A DNA stretch of 64,000 nt from an uncultured Alphaproteobacteria bacterium (GCA_963763915.1 CAVXQH010000005.1:87694-151693), one strand, 5' to 3'. Numbered from the stretch's first letter, positions 31,088 through 42,149 are shown. Notes: generated from the letters alone by a model not told the origin. Numbers and translations are program-made.

Positions 31088-32037
31088 CGCACCGCTGCCC
31101 TCGCCAATCGGTCATTGATGGCGACGCCAATGCCTTCGTCAGGGATCGAAGCTACAGCAATTTTCGGGCTATCGCTATTGTCCGCACGGTGCAAAGCATC
31201 GAACAGTTTTGCTGCGGCCTCCGCCAGACTTCCTAACTCCGACAAGTTATCATCGCCCAGCACCTGACCAAAGCCGATCAGCCACTCGTCGGATTCTGCG
31301 GCCACCGCCTCCAGCCGCAACAACTTTCGCGGAGCATAGTGGCTAGCCAACTGACCGGGCGCTTCGATCAAATCGGACGCGACAGGTAAAGGCCCAACAC
31401 CTGCGATTGCGGCGACTTGCTCTGCCGTAATTGGCCCGGGTCGCAAGAGTTGCCAACCATTTTCACGGATCGCAATTATGGTGGACTCCAGCCCCGCTGT
31501 GCAAACTCCACCATCCAAGATCAGCGAAATGTCCTTTCCTAACCCCTCCGCCACATGCTCCACCTTGGTCGGGCTGATCGTACCGCTTTTGTTGGCGGAC
31601 GGCGCAGCGAGTGCCATCCCGGATTCTGCGAGCAAAGCTCGCATTGCGGGATGCGCGGGACAGCGCAGCGCTATTGTCTGCAGTCCAGCAGTCACTGCAC
31701 CCGTGACGCCGTTATCTTGCCTCTGCGGCAAAACCAGTGTCAACGGACCTGGCCAAAATGCATTCGCGAGATTGTGTGCCAGCTCGCTAAATATCGCCAA
31801 CAGTTCGGCTCGTGCGACATCTGCGACATGCACAATCAAGGGGTTAAAGTCGGGCCGCCCTTTCGCCGCATAAATCGCGGCGACAGCCGCCGCATTACTT
31901 GCATCAGCCGCAAGACCGTAGACCGTTTCTGTCGGAACTGCGACAATTTGCCCCTGACTCAACAAACTCGCAGCAGCGGAAATGCCAGCGGAATCAGACT
32001 GAACAATTCGTGCGTTTAAGATATTTGTCGCCTGCAT
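31084..32037 (-). CDS. tsaC: L-threonylcarbamoyladenylate synthase (Sua5/TsaC)
   Basis: PTETVYGL, AKGRP.FNPLIVH, WPGPLT and APSAN.SG, with the Sua5 C-terminal domain. Confidence 0.96.
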   Translation of the reverse strand: MQATNILNARIVQSDSAGISAAASLLSQGQIVAVPTETVYGLAADASNAAAVAAIYAAKGRPDFNPLIVHVADVARAELLAIFSELAHNLANAFWPGPLTLVLPQRQDNGVTGAVTAGLQTIALRCPAHPAMRALLAESGMALAAPSANKSGTISPTKVEHVAEGLGKDISLILDGGVCTAGLESTIIAIRENGWQLLRPGPITAEQVAAIAGVGPLPVASDLIEAPGQLASHYAPRKLLRLEAVAAESDEWLIGFGQVLGDDNLSELGSLAEAAAKLFDALHRADNSDSPKIAVASIPDEGIGVAINDRLARAAVR

Positions 32038-32089
32038 ATTCCGTCGCTATAGGCGTTGCGCGACGCTCAACACAGGATTTTTTGTCATT

Positions 32090-33826
32090 ATGCCCTATGC
32101 CGCACCGGTAACCGAGCAATTATTTGTATTGAAGCACATCAGCGGCATCGATGTGCTATCGGAAAGTGCACGCTTCGCAGATGCATCGCCCGACATGGTT
32201 AAAGCGATTGTCGAGGGCCTAGGTGCATTTGCCAATGCCGAATTTGCTCCACTCAACCACATTGGAGACGCCGTAGGTGCAAGAATTGTCAACGGCGAGG
32301 TGCAAATGCCAAATGGCTACCGGCAGGCATATCAAGCCTATGTTGACGGCGGCTGGGGTGCGATCAACGCTCCGGTTGAATTTGGCGGTATGGGCTTGCC
32401 ATTTAGTTTGGCAACCGTAGCGCTGGACTCGCTGGGCGGAGGCAACATGGCATTTACGCTTTGCCCGATGCTTTCTGTTGGCGCACTTGAAGCGGTCGCG
32501 CACCACGGCAGTGAAAAACAGAAAGAGATGTATCTGCCCAAATTGTCTTCCGGAGCGTGGACGGGCACCATGAACTTGACCGAACCTCAAGCAGGATCGG
32601 ACGTAGGCGCGCTTAAATCAACCGCTACACCGCGTGGCGACGGCACTTACCAAATCCGTGGACAGAAGATTTACATCACCTTCGGCGATCATGACATGGT
32701 CGACAATATCATCCATCTCGTTCTTGCGCGGACGCCCGATAGTCCAGCGGGCACGAAGGGCATTTCGCTCTTTTTGGTGCCAAAATATCGGGTTAATGCG
32801 GATGGCAGCCTTGGCGCCAGGCAAGACATAAAGACGGTATCTATCGAACATAAGATGGGCATCCATGCTTCGCCTACTTGCGTGCTACAATTTGGCGAAG
32901 AAGGTGACTGTTTCGGCGAGCTGATCGGTCCCGAATTTGGCGGTATGCGTGCAATGTTCACGATGATGAATAACGCGCGATTAAATGTCGGCCTGCAAGG
33001 CGTGCAGATCGCCGAAGCGGCAACGCAGCGCGCCGTTGCCTATGCCACTGACCGCGTTCAATCCCCGCGCGCCAATGGGGCCTCACGCGCTCCCGTGGCG
33101 ATCATTGAGCATCCCGACGTCAGACGAATGCTGATGCGGATGAAGGCCGGGACGCAAGCGATCCGCGGCTTGCTCTATTACGCATCCGGCTTTGTTGATC
33201 GCGCTACTTTGGGTGAAGCAGGGGCCCGGGAAATGGTCGAGCTGCTAACGCCCCTCGCCAAAACTTATGGTACAGACCTAGGTTCTGAAATCGCCAGTCT
33301 TGGCATACAAGTCCATGGCGGCATGGGTTTCATTGAAGAAACCGGAGCGGCGCAGCATTACCGCGACATACGGATTGGCGCAATTTATGAAGGGACCAAC
33401 GGCATTCAGGCGGCTGACCTTGTTGGTCGCAAATTGGCGATGGAAGGCGGCGAAGTTATCCGCCGCCACCTTCGGGAAATGCAAGCGGATAGCGGACCCG
33501 AAGCGGCACTGAGTGCCCTCATCGCCGCCTGCCTGGCAACGACAGAATATATGCTTGGCGTCGATATTGATGATCGGTTAGCGGGCAGCTATGCCTATCT
33601 CAATATGTTGGCAATCGCCACGTCGGGTTGGCTCATGCTGAGACAAAAGCGCGCTGCAGAGGCCGAACTTGCCAGTGATACCAGCAACCCTTTCTTGCAT
33701 GCGAAACTAGCTGCATGCCGCTACTATTTGGCGGTCATGGTTCCCGAAGCACTCGGCTTGCAAGCCAGTGCAACCGCCGGTTCAGAATTGCTCTACGCAC
33801 TAGAAACGGCAAATTTCGCGGCCTAG
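32090..33826 (+). CDS. Acyl-CoA dehydrogenase (DmdC/FadE5-like long type)
   Basis: GTMNLTEPQAGSD, GQKIYIT, EHKMGIHASPT, QVHGGMGF and IYEGTNGIQA. Confidence 0.95.
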   Translation: MPYAAPVTEQLFVLKHISGIDVLSESARFADASPDMVKAIVEGLGAFANAEFAPLNHIGDAVGARIVNGEVQMPNGYRQAYQAYVDGGWGAINAPVEFGGMGLPFSLATVALDSLGGGNMAFTLCPMLSVGALEAVAHHGSEKQKEMYLPKLSSGAWTGTMNLTEPQAGSDVGALKSTATPRGDGTYQIRGQKIYITFGDHDMVDNIIHLVLARTPDSPAGTKGISLFLVPKYRVNADGSLGARQDIKTVSIEHKMGIHASPTCVLQFGEEGDCFGELIGPEFGGMRAMFTMMNNARLNVGLQGVQIAEAATQRAVAYATDRVQSPRANGASRAPVAIIEHPDVRRMLMRMKAGTQAIRGLLYYASGFVDRATLGEAGAREMVELLTPLAKTYGTDLGSEIASLGIQVHGGMGFIEETGAAQHYRDIRIGAIYEGTNGIQAADLVGRKLAMEGGEVIRRHLREMQADSGPEAALSALIAACLATTEYMLGVDIDDRLAGSYAYLNMLAIATSGWLMLRQKRAAEAELASDTSNPFLHAKLAACRYYLAVMVPEALGLQASATAGSELLYALETANFAA

Positions 33827-33840
33827 CCCCGGCAGTCGGA

Positions 33841-35163
33841 TCAACCCGCTGTAACCCGCCAAATACGGTTCGATGCATCGTCGCTAACGAGCAACGCACC
33901 TGTCTTGTCAATGGCTAGCATTGTAGGGCGTCCCCGCGCATCGCCATCTTTGGTTAGGAAGCCCGTGAGGACAGGTACCGGCTTACCAACAGGCATGCCA
34001 TTTTCAAATTTCACGAACACGACATCATAGCCTGATGCGGGTACGCGGTTCCATGAACCATGGCGCGCAACAAACGCCCCGCTCGAAAAACTCTGACCGA
34101 GTTTCGCCTTATCCGCAAAAACTAAACCTAGTGCAGCAACATGGGGACCCAAAGCATATTCGGGTCGACGCTCATATTGACGCTTTGCATCATTGGGCGG
34201 CTGTACCCTGTAATCGGTAAAGCCGCCCCAATAATGATGCGGCCATCCGTAATCCGCCCCTTCGGCAACTTGTGCCAGATAGTCAGGTACTGTGTCAGAA
34301 CCCAGCATATCTCTTTCGTTCACTGTGGTCCAAAGTTGACCCTGACCGTCAAATGCAAGCCCAACCGGATTGCGTAGGCCCACCGCATAAGGGACGGTCT
34401 TACGGGTGGCCAAGTCAATCGCAAGTATGCGGGCTCGGTCCGCCTCCTTGTCCATGCCACCTTCTGCGATGTTGCTGTTTGAGCCGACCGCCACGAATAG
34501 TGTCTTGCCGTCGGGGCTTGCCGCAAGATTACGCGTCCAGTGGCTATTGGGCGCCTTGGCGTTCAGATTTTTGACCCGGCTTGATTTGCCCGTAATCTCG
34601 GTATCACCTGCTTTATAGGGGTAAGCGAAAACGACGTCGGTGTTGGCCACGTAGAAATAATCACCCACAACAACCATTCCAAAGGGAGAGTTCAGGCCAG
34701 ACATGAATGTCTTTTTGATTTCAGGCCGGCCATCGCTGTCAGCATCGCGAAACAGACTGATCCGATTGGCAGAAGGCGTTGCAGCCCCCGCCTTTTTCAT
34801 CATCCAACCTTCAACGGCACTCCTCAATCCGCCGCCCACGCGAGGAGGTGCGGCGGTTTCAGAAACCAATACATCGCCGTTTGGCATGGTATACAGATTG
34901 CGCGGATGATCGAGGCCCTCAGCATATAGCTCCACCTTCAAACCTTTGGCCGCAATAGGCTTCTCGCCCTTCTTCCATCCAACAATCTCGGCAATTTTTA
35001 CGGTCGGAATGGTCTGTTCTCTTGCAATTTTGTCGAGAACCGGATCATCACCAGTTACCTTATCCAAGGGCAATTGAGCCACATCAGGGCGCGTCGCAAA
35101 CCAAAGGGCAATTGCACCCAAAACAATGAAAATAATCACCAGATTTCGAATGTGTCGCAACAT
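33841..35163 (-). CDS. L-sorbosone dehydrogenase family (PQQ-type beta-propeller) protein
   Basis: GLDHPR, PFGM, HWTRN, GLRNPVG, NERD.LG, HGSWNR and GRPT motifs. Confidence 0.9.
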   Translation of the reverse strand: MLRHIRNLVIIFIVLGAIALWFATRPDVAQLPLDKVTGDDPVLDKIAREQTIPTVKIAEIVGWKKGEKPIAAKGLKVELYAEGLDHPRNLYTMPNGDVLVSETAAPPRVGGGLRSAVEGWMMKKAGAATPSANRISLFRDADSDGRPEIKKTFMSGLNSPFGMVVVGDYFYVANTDVVFAYPYKAGDTEITGKSSRVKNLNAKAPNSHWTRNLAASPDGKTLFVAVGSNSNIAEGGMDKEADRARILAIDLATRKTVPYAVGLRNPVGLAFDGQGQLWTTVNERDMLGSDTVPDYLAQVAEGADYGWPHHYWGGFTDYRVQPPNDAKRQYERRPEYALGPHVAALGLVFADKAKLGQSFSSGAFVARHGSWNRVPASGYDVVFVKFENGMPVGKPVPVLTGFLTKDGDARGRPTMLAIDKTGALLVSDDASNRIWRVTAG

Positions 35164-35180
35164 ATGCTACCTTTTCCGCT

Positions 35181-35360
35181 CTATTTTCTTTTGTCGCGCA
35201 GCCACAAGACCAACGCAATTGCGACACCCACGCCGAGGCCCGCCACCATGCCGATCGAAGGTTGTCGGACTACTACACCTATCACTGCGCCGAATAACAA
35301 GCCCAGCGCAATGAACACGCCACCTGCCCGACCATTTCCGTTCTGCTTGTCTTCAGTCAT
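35181..35360 (-). CDS. Small two-TM membrane protein
   Basis: 59 aa: GGVFIALGLLFGAVIG...QPSIG..AG.GVGVAIAL, with a basic tail. Confidence 0.75.
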   Translation of the reverse strand: MTEDKQNGNGRAGGVFIALGLLFGAVIGVVVRQPSIGMVAGLGVGVAIALVLWLRDKRK

Positions 35361-35552
35361 GCTGTTGCAATGCCACCGAAATGGCCACACTAGCAAGTAA
35401 TAAGAGACCCGATGTACACGACATGGAACATCCCTAACCTCTTGCTAACCAATCCGTTTGACGCTTCTTCCATGCCTCTCTTGTAAAACCGTGTTCAGCA
35501 GGCGGGTTCGCCACCCCGGCCTCGCCTGCCACCCAAAACACAAAGGTCGCCC

Positions 35553-35762
35553 ATGTATCTCCCTCTCTATGTTGAAAATCGGGACGTAGTCGAGGCGAAG
35601 ATTTTGATGGAATGCTATGGCCGTGCCGCCGGATTAGAAGCATCAGAGCGAGCCGAAGCGAGCCGCAACATCGGCAATCACCTGCAATTTTGTCGCTGGC
35701 GCCAGATTGAACGATTGATAATCATGCTAAGCGTAGAAGCGGCGCTCGGTACTATCCATTAA
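35553..35762 (+). CDS. Small hypothetical protein
   Basis: 69 aa that fills the gap between genes. Helical A..EA..RA..SRN.GN..FC.WRQIERLI pattern. Confidence 0.7.
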   Translation: MYLPLYVENRDVVEAKILMECYGRAAGLEASERAEASRNIGNHLQFCRWRQIERLIIMLSVEAALGTIH

Positions 35763-35780
35763 CCAATTAAGATGACGCGC

Positions 35781-38744
35781 TCAGTCTTCTAGGCTGAGCA
35801 AAGACGCATTTCCGCCAGCACTTGTCGTGTCGATGCTGGTCGTCCGTTCGGCGCAGAAACGGTACAGGTAATGTGGACCTCCTGCCTTAGGTCCGGTGCC
35901 CGACAGACCCTCACCGCCAAAAGGCTGGCTTCCCACTACTGCACCGATCATCGACCGGTTAACGTATAGATTACCGACATTTGCGAGACTTTCGACCTCT
36001 TCGGCAGACCTGGCTATTCGCGAATGGAGACCCATTGTCAGACCAAATCCCATTCTATTGATTTTTGCCACTAAGTTTTGCAAGCTACCGGGCGTCCACC
36101 GCGCGACGTGAATGATCGGTCCAAAATGCTCTTGGTCAAGCGCATCGACATCGTCGAGCCTAACCAGCGTCGGCGGTACAAACAGGCCCGCCTCGGGAAC
36201 TTGGACGCTGTGTATAATCTTGCCAGAAACCTGCTGCCTATATTCCATGAGGCGATCATAGGCGGCTTGATCGATAACCGGTCCAATGTCGTTAGCTGGA
36301 TCGGCCGGATCCCCCAATGTCAGACAATCCATAGCACCCTGTAGCATCTCAACAACACCATCCGCTATGTCGTCCTGCAACAACAGCAATCGCAGCGCGG
36401 AGCACCGCTGGCCAGCGGACTGAAAGCCGGAAATGATGCAATCGCGCACGACCTGTTCAGGCAGTGCCGTCGAATCGACGATCATTGCGTTAATGCCTCC
36501 GGTTTCGGCGATCAGGGGAACCAACGGCCGATTGTCATCTGCTAGCAGGTTGCGGGCAATCGATTTTGCTGTCACGACCGAACCAGTAAACACTACGCCG
36601 CAAATCCGGATGTCTGCGGTCAATTCGGCACCAACTTCGCCGCCGCCGGTCACACAAATAAGCGCGTCCTTGGGTATCCCTGCTTCGTACGCCAGTCTGA
36701 CGGCAAATCGAGCGATTTGCGGCGTTTGCGGGGCTGGCTTTGCAACCACGCTGTTTCCCGCAACAAGCGCCGCGGCCACTTGCCCAAGGAATATTGCGAG
36801 CGGGAAGTTCCACGGGGCAATAGCAACCCAAACACCGCGACTTTCGTGCCTCAGGACATTTCGCTCACCCGTCGGTCCGGGTAGTTCGACCGCCTGCAAA
36901 TCGGTTCGCGCGCGCGCCGCATAATATCGACAGAAATCTATAGCTTCGCGTACCTCTGACAATGCATCAGGAATGGTCTTCTTCGCCTCCGCGACGATAA
37001 TCGCGATAATTTCGTTGCGACGCTTTTCCAGCAGACTGGCCAACCGGTCCAAACAATTGGCCCGTTCATCTAACGGAACATTGGACCATTTAGCAAAACC
37101 AACAACTGCTGCGGCAATCGCGTCTTGCGGGCTCGCTTCTTCGAACGAAGGCATTGCGACCGGTTGCCGGATTTCTAATGCCAAACTCGCCAGAACAGTT
37201 GAATCGTCTAGATCCAGCCCACCGCTGTTTTTGCGTTCTGGCGCAAAGAGGTCTTCTGGCAATCGTATCGAATGGTGCCTTGTCCCCCCGACTTCCATTA
37301 TTTTCTCGACCGGATTGGCAAGCAGTGTCTCTTCACTGATGCTTTGATCGGTTAGCTGATGCACGAAGCTGGAATTCGCACCATTTTCCAACAAACGCCG
37401 AACCAGATAAGCGAGCAAGTCGCGGTGACCGCCGACCGGGGCGTATGTCCGGCAATGATAACCTTTTTCTCTTACCAAATTTTCGAACAGCCCCTCGCCC
37501 ATCCCATGTAGTCGTTGAAACTCAAAGTCTCGCGACTCTCCGGCCCATTCCAAAATCGTCGCAACGGTCAATGCGTTGTGCGTTGCAAATGCAGGGCGGA
37601 TATTTTTTGCCTCCAGCATCTTACGCACACAGGCAAGGTAGGAAACATCGGTCGCTGCCTTGCGGGTATAGACAGGGAAATCGCTAAGCCCTCGTTCCTG
37701 TGCATATTTTATTTCGCTATCCCAATACGCGCCTTTGACCAGACGAACCTGCATTGTCCGCCCTGTTTCGGCGCCGAGCAAATTGACCCAGTCGAGAACG
37801 GAAGGCGCACGTTTCGAATAGGCCTGCACCGCCATACCTAGGCCATCCCAACCCTTTAGCTCTGCCGATTTGGCTACTGCCTCAAAAATATCGAGGCTCA
37901 TTTCCAAGCGCGCGGCTTCTTCGGCATCAGCTGTCAGCGCAACGCCACTTGACGCTGCAATCTTACACAATTGTAGCAAAATTTCAGTAAGTTCAGGAAC
38001 ACAGCTCGCTGCCTTCATCGTCTCATAGCGAGGATGCAGGGCAGACAATTTGATCGAAATGCTATGTGCGTTGCCAGTCCCATTTCCGACAGCCTTAATT
38101 GCGCTGGCGTATGAGGCAAAATATCGTTCTGCGTCCGCTTTCGTTCTCGCGGCTTCACCCAGCATGTCAAAACTCGCGGTAAAACCTCTATTTTCGCGAG
38201 CATCCATACGCCGCATGGCTTCGCTTATGTCGCGCCCCATAACAAAGACTTGCCCCATCAAGCGCATGGCAGCACCGACCGCTTGGCGGACGAATGGTTC
38301 GCCGACCCGCGCAAATAGTTTCCTTAGGCTGCTATCGCCGTCACCAAGCATTGCCTTACCAAGGACTAAACCCCACGTGGCGCTATTGACCAGCTTGCTT
38401 GCCGACTGCCCCCGGTGTGCGCGCCAATCGGCATCAGTCAATTTGTCAGCGATTAACAAATCAGCAGTTTGCGGATCGGGTACGCGCAGAAAAGCTTCGG
38501 CGAGCGAGAGCAAAGCTGTTCCCTCTTCGGTCCCTAAACGATACTCTTGCAAGAATTGATTGACCCAACCATCGCTTTGCGCAGCGCGCAAATCACCGAG
38601 AAGGCTTTTGGCGCGCAGCAAAATGGAAGACCATTCGTTTTGGTCCCCTGTCGCTGCGGCAACAAGCGGTGCCAACGCTGCGGGTTCAAGGATACGGTGA
38701 TTGTCGCGTATGGCTAATCGCGCGCTTTGGATCGGTGAATGCAT
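35781..38744 (-). CDS. putA: Bifunctional proline dehydrogenase / glutamate-semialdehyde dehydrogenase
   Basis: SFDMLGEAART, RLVKGAYWD, FQRLHGMG, RRLLENGANSSF, ETGG.N, GQRCSA and GTGPKAGG. No N-terminal RHH domain. Confidence 0.96.
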   Translation of the reverse strand: MHSPIQSARLAIRDNHRILEPAALAPLVAAATGDQNEWSSILLRAKSLLGDLRAAQSDGWVNQFLQEYRLGTEEGTALLSLAEAFLRVPDPQTADLLIADKLTDADWRAHRGQSASKLVNSATWGLVLGKAMLGDGDSSLRKLFARVGEPFVRQAVGAAMRLMGQVFVMGRDISEAMRRMDARENRGFTASFDMLGEAARTKADAERYFASYASAIKAVGNGTGNAHSISIKLSALHPRYETMKAASCVPELTEILLQLCKIAASSGVALTADAEEAARLEMSLDIFEAVAKSAELKGWDGLGMAVQAYSKRAPSVLDWVNLLGAETGRTMQVRLVKGAYWDSEIKYAQERGLSDFPVYTRKAATDVSYLACVRKMLEAKNIRPAFATHNALTVATILEWAGESRDFEFQRLHGMGEGLFENLVREKGYHCRTYAPVGGHRDLLAYLVRRLLENGANSSFVHQLTDQSISEETLLANPVEKIMEVGGTRHHSIRLPEDLFAPERKNSGGLDLDDSTVLASLALEIRQPVAMPSFEEASPQDAIAAAVVGFAKWSNVPLDERANCLDRLASLLEKRRNEIIAIIVAEAKKTIPDALSEVREAIDFCRYYAARARTDLQAVELPGPTGERNVLRHESRGVWVAIAPWNFPLAIFLGQVAAALVAGNSVVAKPAPQTPQIARFAVRLAYEAGIPKDALICVTGGGEVGAELTADIRICGVVFTGSVVTAKSIARNLLADDNRPLVPLIAETGGINAMIVDSTALPEQVVRDCIISGFQSAGQRCSALRLLLLQDDIADGVVEMLQGAMDCLTLGDPADPANDIGPVIDQAAYDRLMEYRQQVSGKIIHSVQVPEAGLFVPPTLVRLDDVDALDQEHFGPIIHVARWTPGSLQNLVAKINRMGFGLTMGLHSRIARSAEEVESLANVGNLYVNRSMIGAVVGSQPFGGEGLSGTGPKAGGPHYLYRFCAERTTSIDTTSAGGNASLLSLED

Positions 38745-38868
38745 GCGGCAATCTTTGCCGCCAATGCTGCTCTAGAACAAGTTGCAATTGCAACGAGCTG
38801 GCAACAAAAAAGGGAAGCGAACTTTTGGCACGCCTCCCTCTCTGTTCATTTCATAGCCTTTAGGGCAA

Positions 38869-39240
38869 TTAGCAGCGGCGATCAGAAGCCTTTTCCAAAG
38901 CTCGTCCTGCAAGCGCACCAGCGGCGGCTCCGATGATCGCACCGGTGGTCCGGCTGCCGCGACGGGCAACAGTGTCGCCGAGCAAACCGCCTGCCACACC
39001 GCCAACTATCGTACCAGTTGTACCGTTGGTGCACCTTCCACGCCGATAATAGCCCTCATTATAATAGCCACGATCCCGGTTGCCACGATACCGATAACCA
39101 TCATCGTCATGGCCGCGGTTATAGCTGTGATGGCCGTGGTTGTGCCGACGATGTGCTTCTGCCGGTGTGGCAATTGCTAGGCCACCAATTACAGTTGCAC
39201 CCATGAGCAATGCGCTCGTCATATTCTTAAAGCTTGTCAT
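38869..39240 (-). CDS. Glycine-zipper 2TM exported protein
   Basis: Signal peptide, His/Arg/Tyr-rich linker, and TGTIVGGVAGGLLG...GAIIGAAAGALAG. Confidence 0.85.
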   Translation of the reverse strand: MTSFKNMTSALLMGATVIGGLAIATPAEAHRRHNHGHHSYNRGHDDDGYRYRGNRDRGYYNEGYYRRGRCTNGTTGTIVGGVAGGLLGDTVARRGSRTTGAIIGAAAGALAGRALEKASDRRC

Positions 39241-39426
39241 ATTCTTTCTCCCGAAGGTGGTTTAATTTTTTGCCCCAACGAGAGTGCTTTTAGGCTTGGC
39301 TTTTTGAGCCTTTGCTGAATGCTGTTGTCATAAGGCGTTCATTTATCTGGCGTTCATCGAAGCAGCGACTGAGCCAGACCAAGATGGTACTTGGGATTAC
39401 AAAGACGTTTGCCTATAGCGGCTGCA

Positions 39427-40455
39427 ATGACCAATCGACTGTTACGATCATTACTACTTGTTGGATGCGCGCTTATTGCCACGAACGGTACGCGTCAGAT
39501 TTATGGCAATGACAGTCAGCAAATTGACCTTCGCCCGCTTTCCTTAAATCCTGAGCGCCCAAGGCAATGGCGTGTTGGCGAACTGGAGTTCGTAAATGCG
39601 TGGGAACTAAGTAGCGACAATCATGATTTCGGCGGCATCTCGGCTTTGACGCGCTTACCCGATGGTCGATTTTATGGAACGGGCGATGCAGGCACGCTGA
39701 TAGGATTTGGCCTTAGCGGCAAAGAAGCTATCGACCGACCCTTCATCGCGCCACTCCCCGGCGCTTTTGATAAGGGCAAGAGCTTTCGGGATCGTGACAG
39801 CGAATCGATCGCCTCAGATCCGGAAAGCGGTCGGGTGTGGGTCGGATTTGAAGCCAACTCCGCCGTGCGCCGTTATGGCCCGGGCTTTTCTCGCGAAGAG
39901 GCGAGCGTCTATCCCACTGAAATGGGACCTTGGGACGGGAACAGCGGAGCAGAAGCGATGGTGCGCTTCCCCGACGGCCGCTTTGCGCTATTCTCCGAAG
40001 GCTATGACCGGCCAGATGGCAGCTATGAAGCTTTGATGTTTAGCGGTGATCCCATTGAACCAGGCACGCGCGTCTTCCGCTTCGGCTATTTCCCGCCGTC
40101 AGGCTTTAAGATTACTGACGCGACGTTGCTCCCCGATGGGAGCATCCTGACACTTAATCGTCGCGTTGCCTTTCCCAAAGGATTTGAAGCCAAGCTGGCG
40201 ATAATAGATCCTGCTGATATTGCTAAGGGTCTCAGCCTAAGGCCTCGTGTCATAGCGCATTTGATTAGCCCGCTATTAGTCGACAATATGGAAGGAATCA
40301 CAACCAGTCAGGAAAATGGTCGAACGATGATTTGGATGATTTCGGACGATAATTTCGCTGTGTTCCAGCGCACGATCCTGATGAAATTTGCCCTGATCGA
40401 GGCAAAGAAAAAGCCGGACGCGGCCTCCGCACCCGGCTTTCAAAGCATCCAGTAA
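39427..40455 (+). CDS. Esterase-like activity of phytase family protein
   Basis: FGGISAL, DSESI, NSGAEA, TDA and DNMEG...SDDNF beta-propeller motifs. Confidence 0.85.
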   Translation: MTNRLLRSLLLVGCALIATNGTRQIYGNDSQQIDLRPLSLNPERPRQWRVGELEFVNAWELSSDNHDFGGISALTRLPDGRFYGTGDAGTLIGFGLSGKEAIDRPFIAPLPGAFDKGKSFRDRDSESIASDPESGRVWVGFEANSAVRRYGPGFSREEASVYPTEMGPWDGNSGAEAMVRFPDGRFALFSEGYDRPDGSYEALMFSGDPIEPGTRVFRFGYFPPSGFKITDATLLPDGSILTLNRRVAFPKGFEAKLAIIDPADIAKGLSLRPRVIAHLISPLLVDNMEGITTSQENGRTMIWMISDDNFAVFQRTILMKFALIEAKKKPDAASAPGFQSIQ

Positions 40456-40461
40456 AGGAAA

Positions 40462-40755
40462 TCAAGCTGCGACGGCGATCTTTGCCTTGCCGATTTGCTT
40501 CTTCACTTTACGTGCATTGGTCGAGAGCTTCTCGTCGGAAGTCTTAAGCAACCAGTTATCCAGACCGCCAACATGCTCTACCGAGCGCAAACCATGCGCC
40601 GAAACGCGAAACTTGAAGCCTTGCTCCAAGCTTTCCGAAAGCAATGTCACATTTTGCAGATTAGGCAAAAAAGTGCGCTTGGTTTTATTATTTGCGTGGC
40701 TAACGTTGTTACCAACCAGACGGCCCTTGCCGGTGAGTTCGCAAATCCGCGACAT
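40462..40755 (-). CDS. rpmB: 50S ribosomal protein L28
   Basis: [31 protein letters not shown]. Confidence 0.98.
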   Translation of the reverse strand: MSRICELTGKGRLVGNNVSHANNKTKRTFLPNLQNVTLLSESLEQGFKFRVSAHGLRSVEHVGGLDNWLLKTSDEKLSTNARKVKKQIGKAKIAVAA

Positions 40756-40885
40756 GTTTAATTCCTGTTTGTTGTTTGAAAACCGGAATCACTGATCCCG
40801 GAAAGTCGCTGCCCCTAACCGGCTAGAGCGAAAACGTCAAGTAGCGGCGATAGGCAAAGTGACCGAAACCCGCTAGAGCCCTGCC

Positions 40886-41341
40886 ATGCCATTATCGCGC
40901 GCACGGAAATATATGCAAGAAGCACTCACCCATGCGAAAAATGCGCGTGACGTGGGAGAAGTCCCCGTTGGCGCAGTCATCGTCCAAAACGGCAAGATAA
41001 TCGCCACAGGGCAAAATGCTCCTGTCGCTGGACACGACCCCACTGCGCATGCCGAAATCGCCGCAATCCGCCAGGCCGCTACTTTTTTGGGAACTGACCG
41101 ACTGATAGATTGTGATCTTTGGGTCACGTTGGAACCATGCGCCATGTGTGCTGGGGCCATCGCGCATGCGCGGATCAAAAGGCTGTATTACGGCGCGAGC
41201 GATCCAAAGGGTGGCGCCGTTGAACACGGGCCATGTTTGTTTGAACAGCCCACAACCCACCACAGGCCAGAAGTGTATGCAGGGATTTGCGAAGAAGAAT
41301 CAGCAGCGCTTCTGACCGAATTTTTCAGAGCGCGCCGCTGA
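40886..41341 (+). CDS. tadA: tRNA adenosine(34) deaminase
   Basis: GEVPVGAV, HAE and TLEPCAMCAGA zinc deaminase motifs. Confidence 0.93.
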   Translation: MPLSRARKYMQEALTHAKNARDVGEVPVGAVIVQNGKIIATGQNAPVAGHDPTAHAEIAAIRQAATFLGTDRLIDCDLWVTLEPCAMCAGAIAHARIKRLYYGASDPKGGAVEHGPCLFEQPTTHHRPEVYAGICEEESAALLTEFFRARR

Positions 41342-41348
41342 GAGGTTT

Positions 41349-42149
41349 TTAATGCACGAACCGCGCGACGACATCACGGTAAGAGCGTGACACCTTCACC
41401 TGAGCGCCTGATTCGAGCACTAGGAAGCATTCGCCATTGGTGTGGGGTTTTACTTGCCGCACTTGATCCAGATTCACGATAGTGCTGCGGTGCACCCGCT
41501 GGAACGTGCGTGGATCCAAGCGTTTTTCCAGATCTTTCATCGTTTCGCGCAAGATCAAGCTGTTGTCGGCAGTGTGGATACACATATAATCGCCGGCAGC
41601 ATCAATACGTTCAATACTTTCCACATCGACACGGAAAATTTGGCCGCGATCCTTTACATTGATCAGCTTTTCAAAGCGGCTGGCCAACATTTCATCATCA
41701 ACAGAGCTATAATTGTCGGCTGAATCCGGAGCGACTTCGTTGATCACGTTGCGCAGGCGCTCAACTTCTTCAACATTGCGCTTATCTGCCAAACGCAGGC
41801 GTACCCGCGACATCGTGTCGGCAAGCCTATCGGGCTCAATCGGCTTCATCAAATAATCGATGGCTTCGGCTTCGAAAGCACGGATCGCGTGTTCGCTGTA
41901 AGCGGTTGCGAAGACAAAGAGCGGTGGATCAATGTCCATCACACCTTGCACAACTGAAAAGCCGTCAAAGCCTGGCATTTGAATGTCGAGGAAAACCAGA
42001 TCGGGCTTGAGCGTTTTGATCTTTCGGATCGCTTCGCGGCCGTTGTGGCAAGTGGCTACAATTTCAATATCATCATATGGTTGCAGACGCATTTCCAGCC
42101 CTTGAATGGCCAGTTTTTCGTCATCTACCAGGATGGTTCGGATAGTCAT
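41349..42149 (-). CDS. LytTR family response regulator
   Basis: Receiver domain (VDDE, FLDIQMP) and LytTR domain (FQRVHRS, VSRSY). Confidence 0.95.
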   Translation of the reverse strand: MTIRTILVDDEKLAIQGLEMRLQPYDDIEIVATCHNGREAIRKIKTLKPDLVFLDIQMPGFDGFSVVQGVMDIDPPLFVFATAYSEHAIRAFEAEAIDYLMKPIEPDRLADTMSRVRLRLADKRNVEEVERLRNVINEVAPDSADNYSSVDDEMLASRFEKLINVKDRGQIFRVDVESIERIDAAGDYMCIHTADNSLILRETMKDLEKRLDPRTFQRVHRSTIVNLDQVRQVKPHTNGECFLVLESGAQVKVSRSYRDVVARFVH

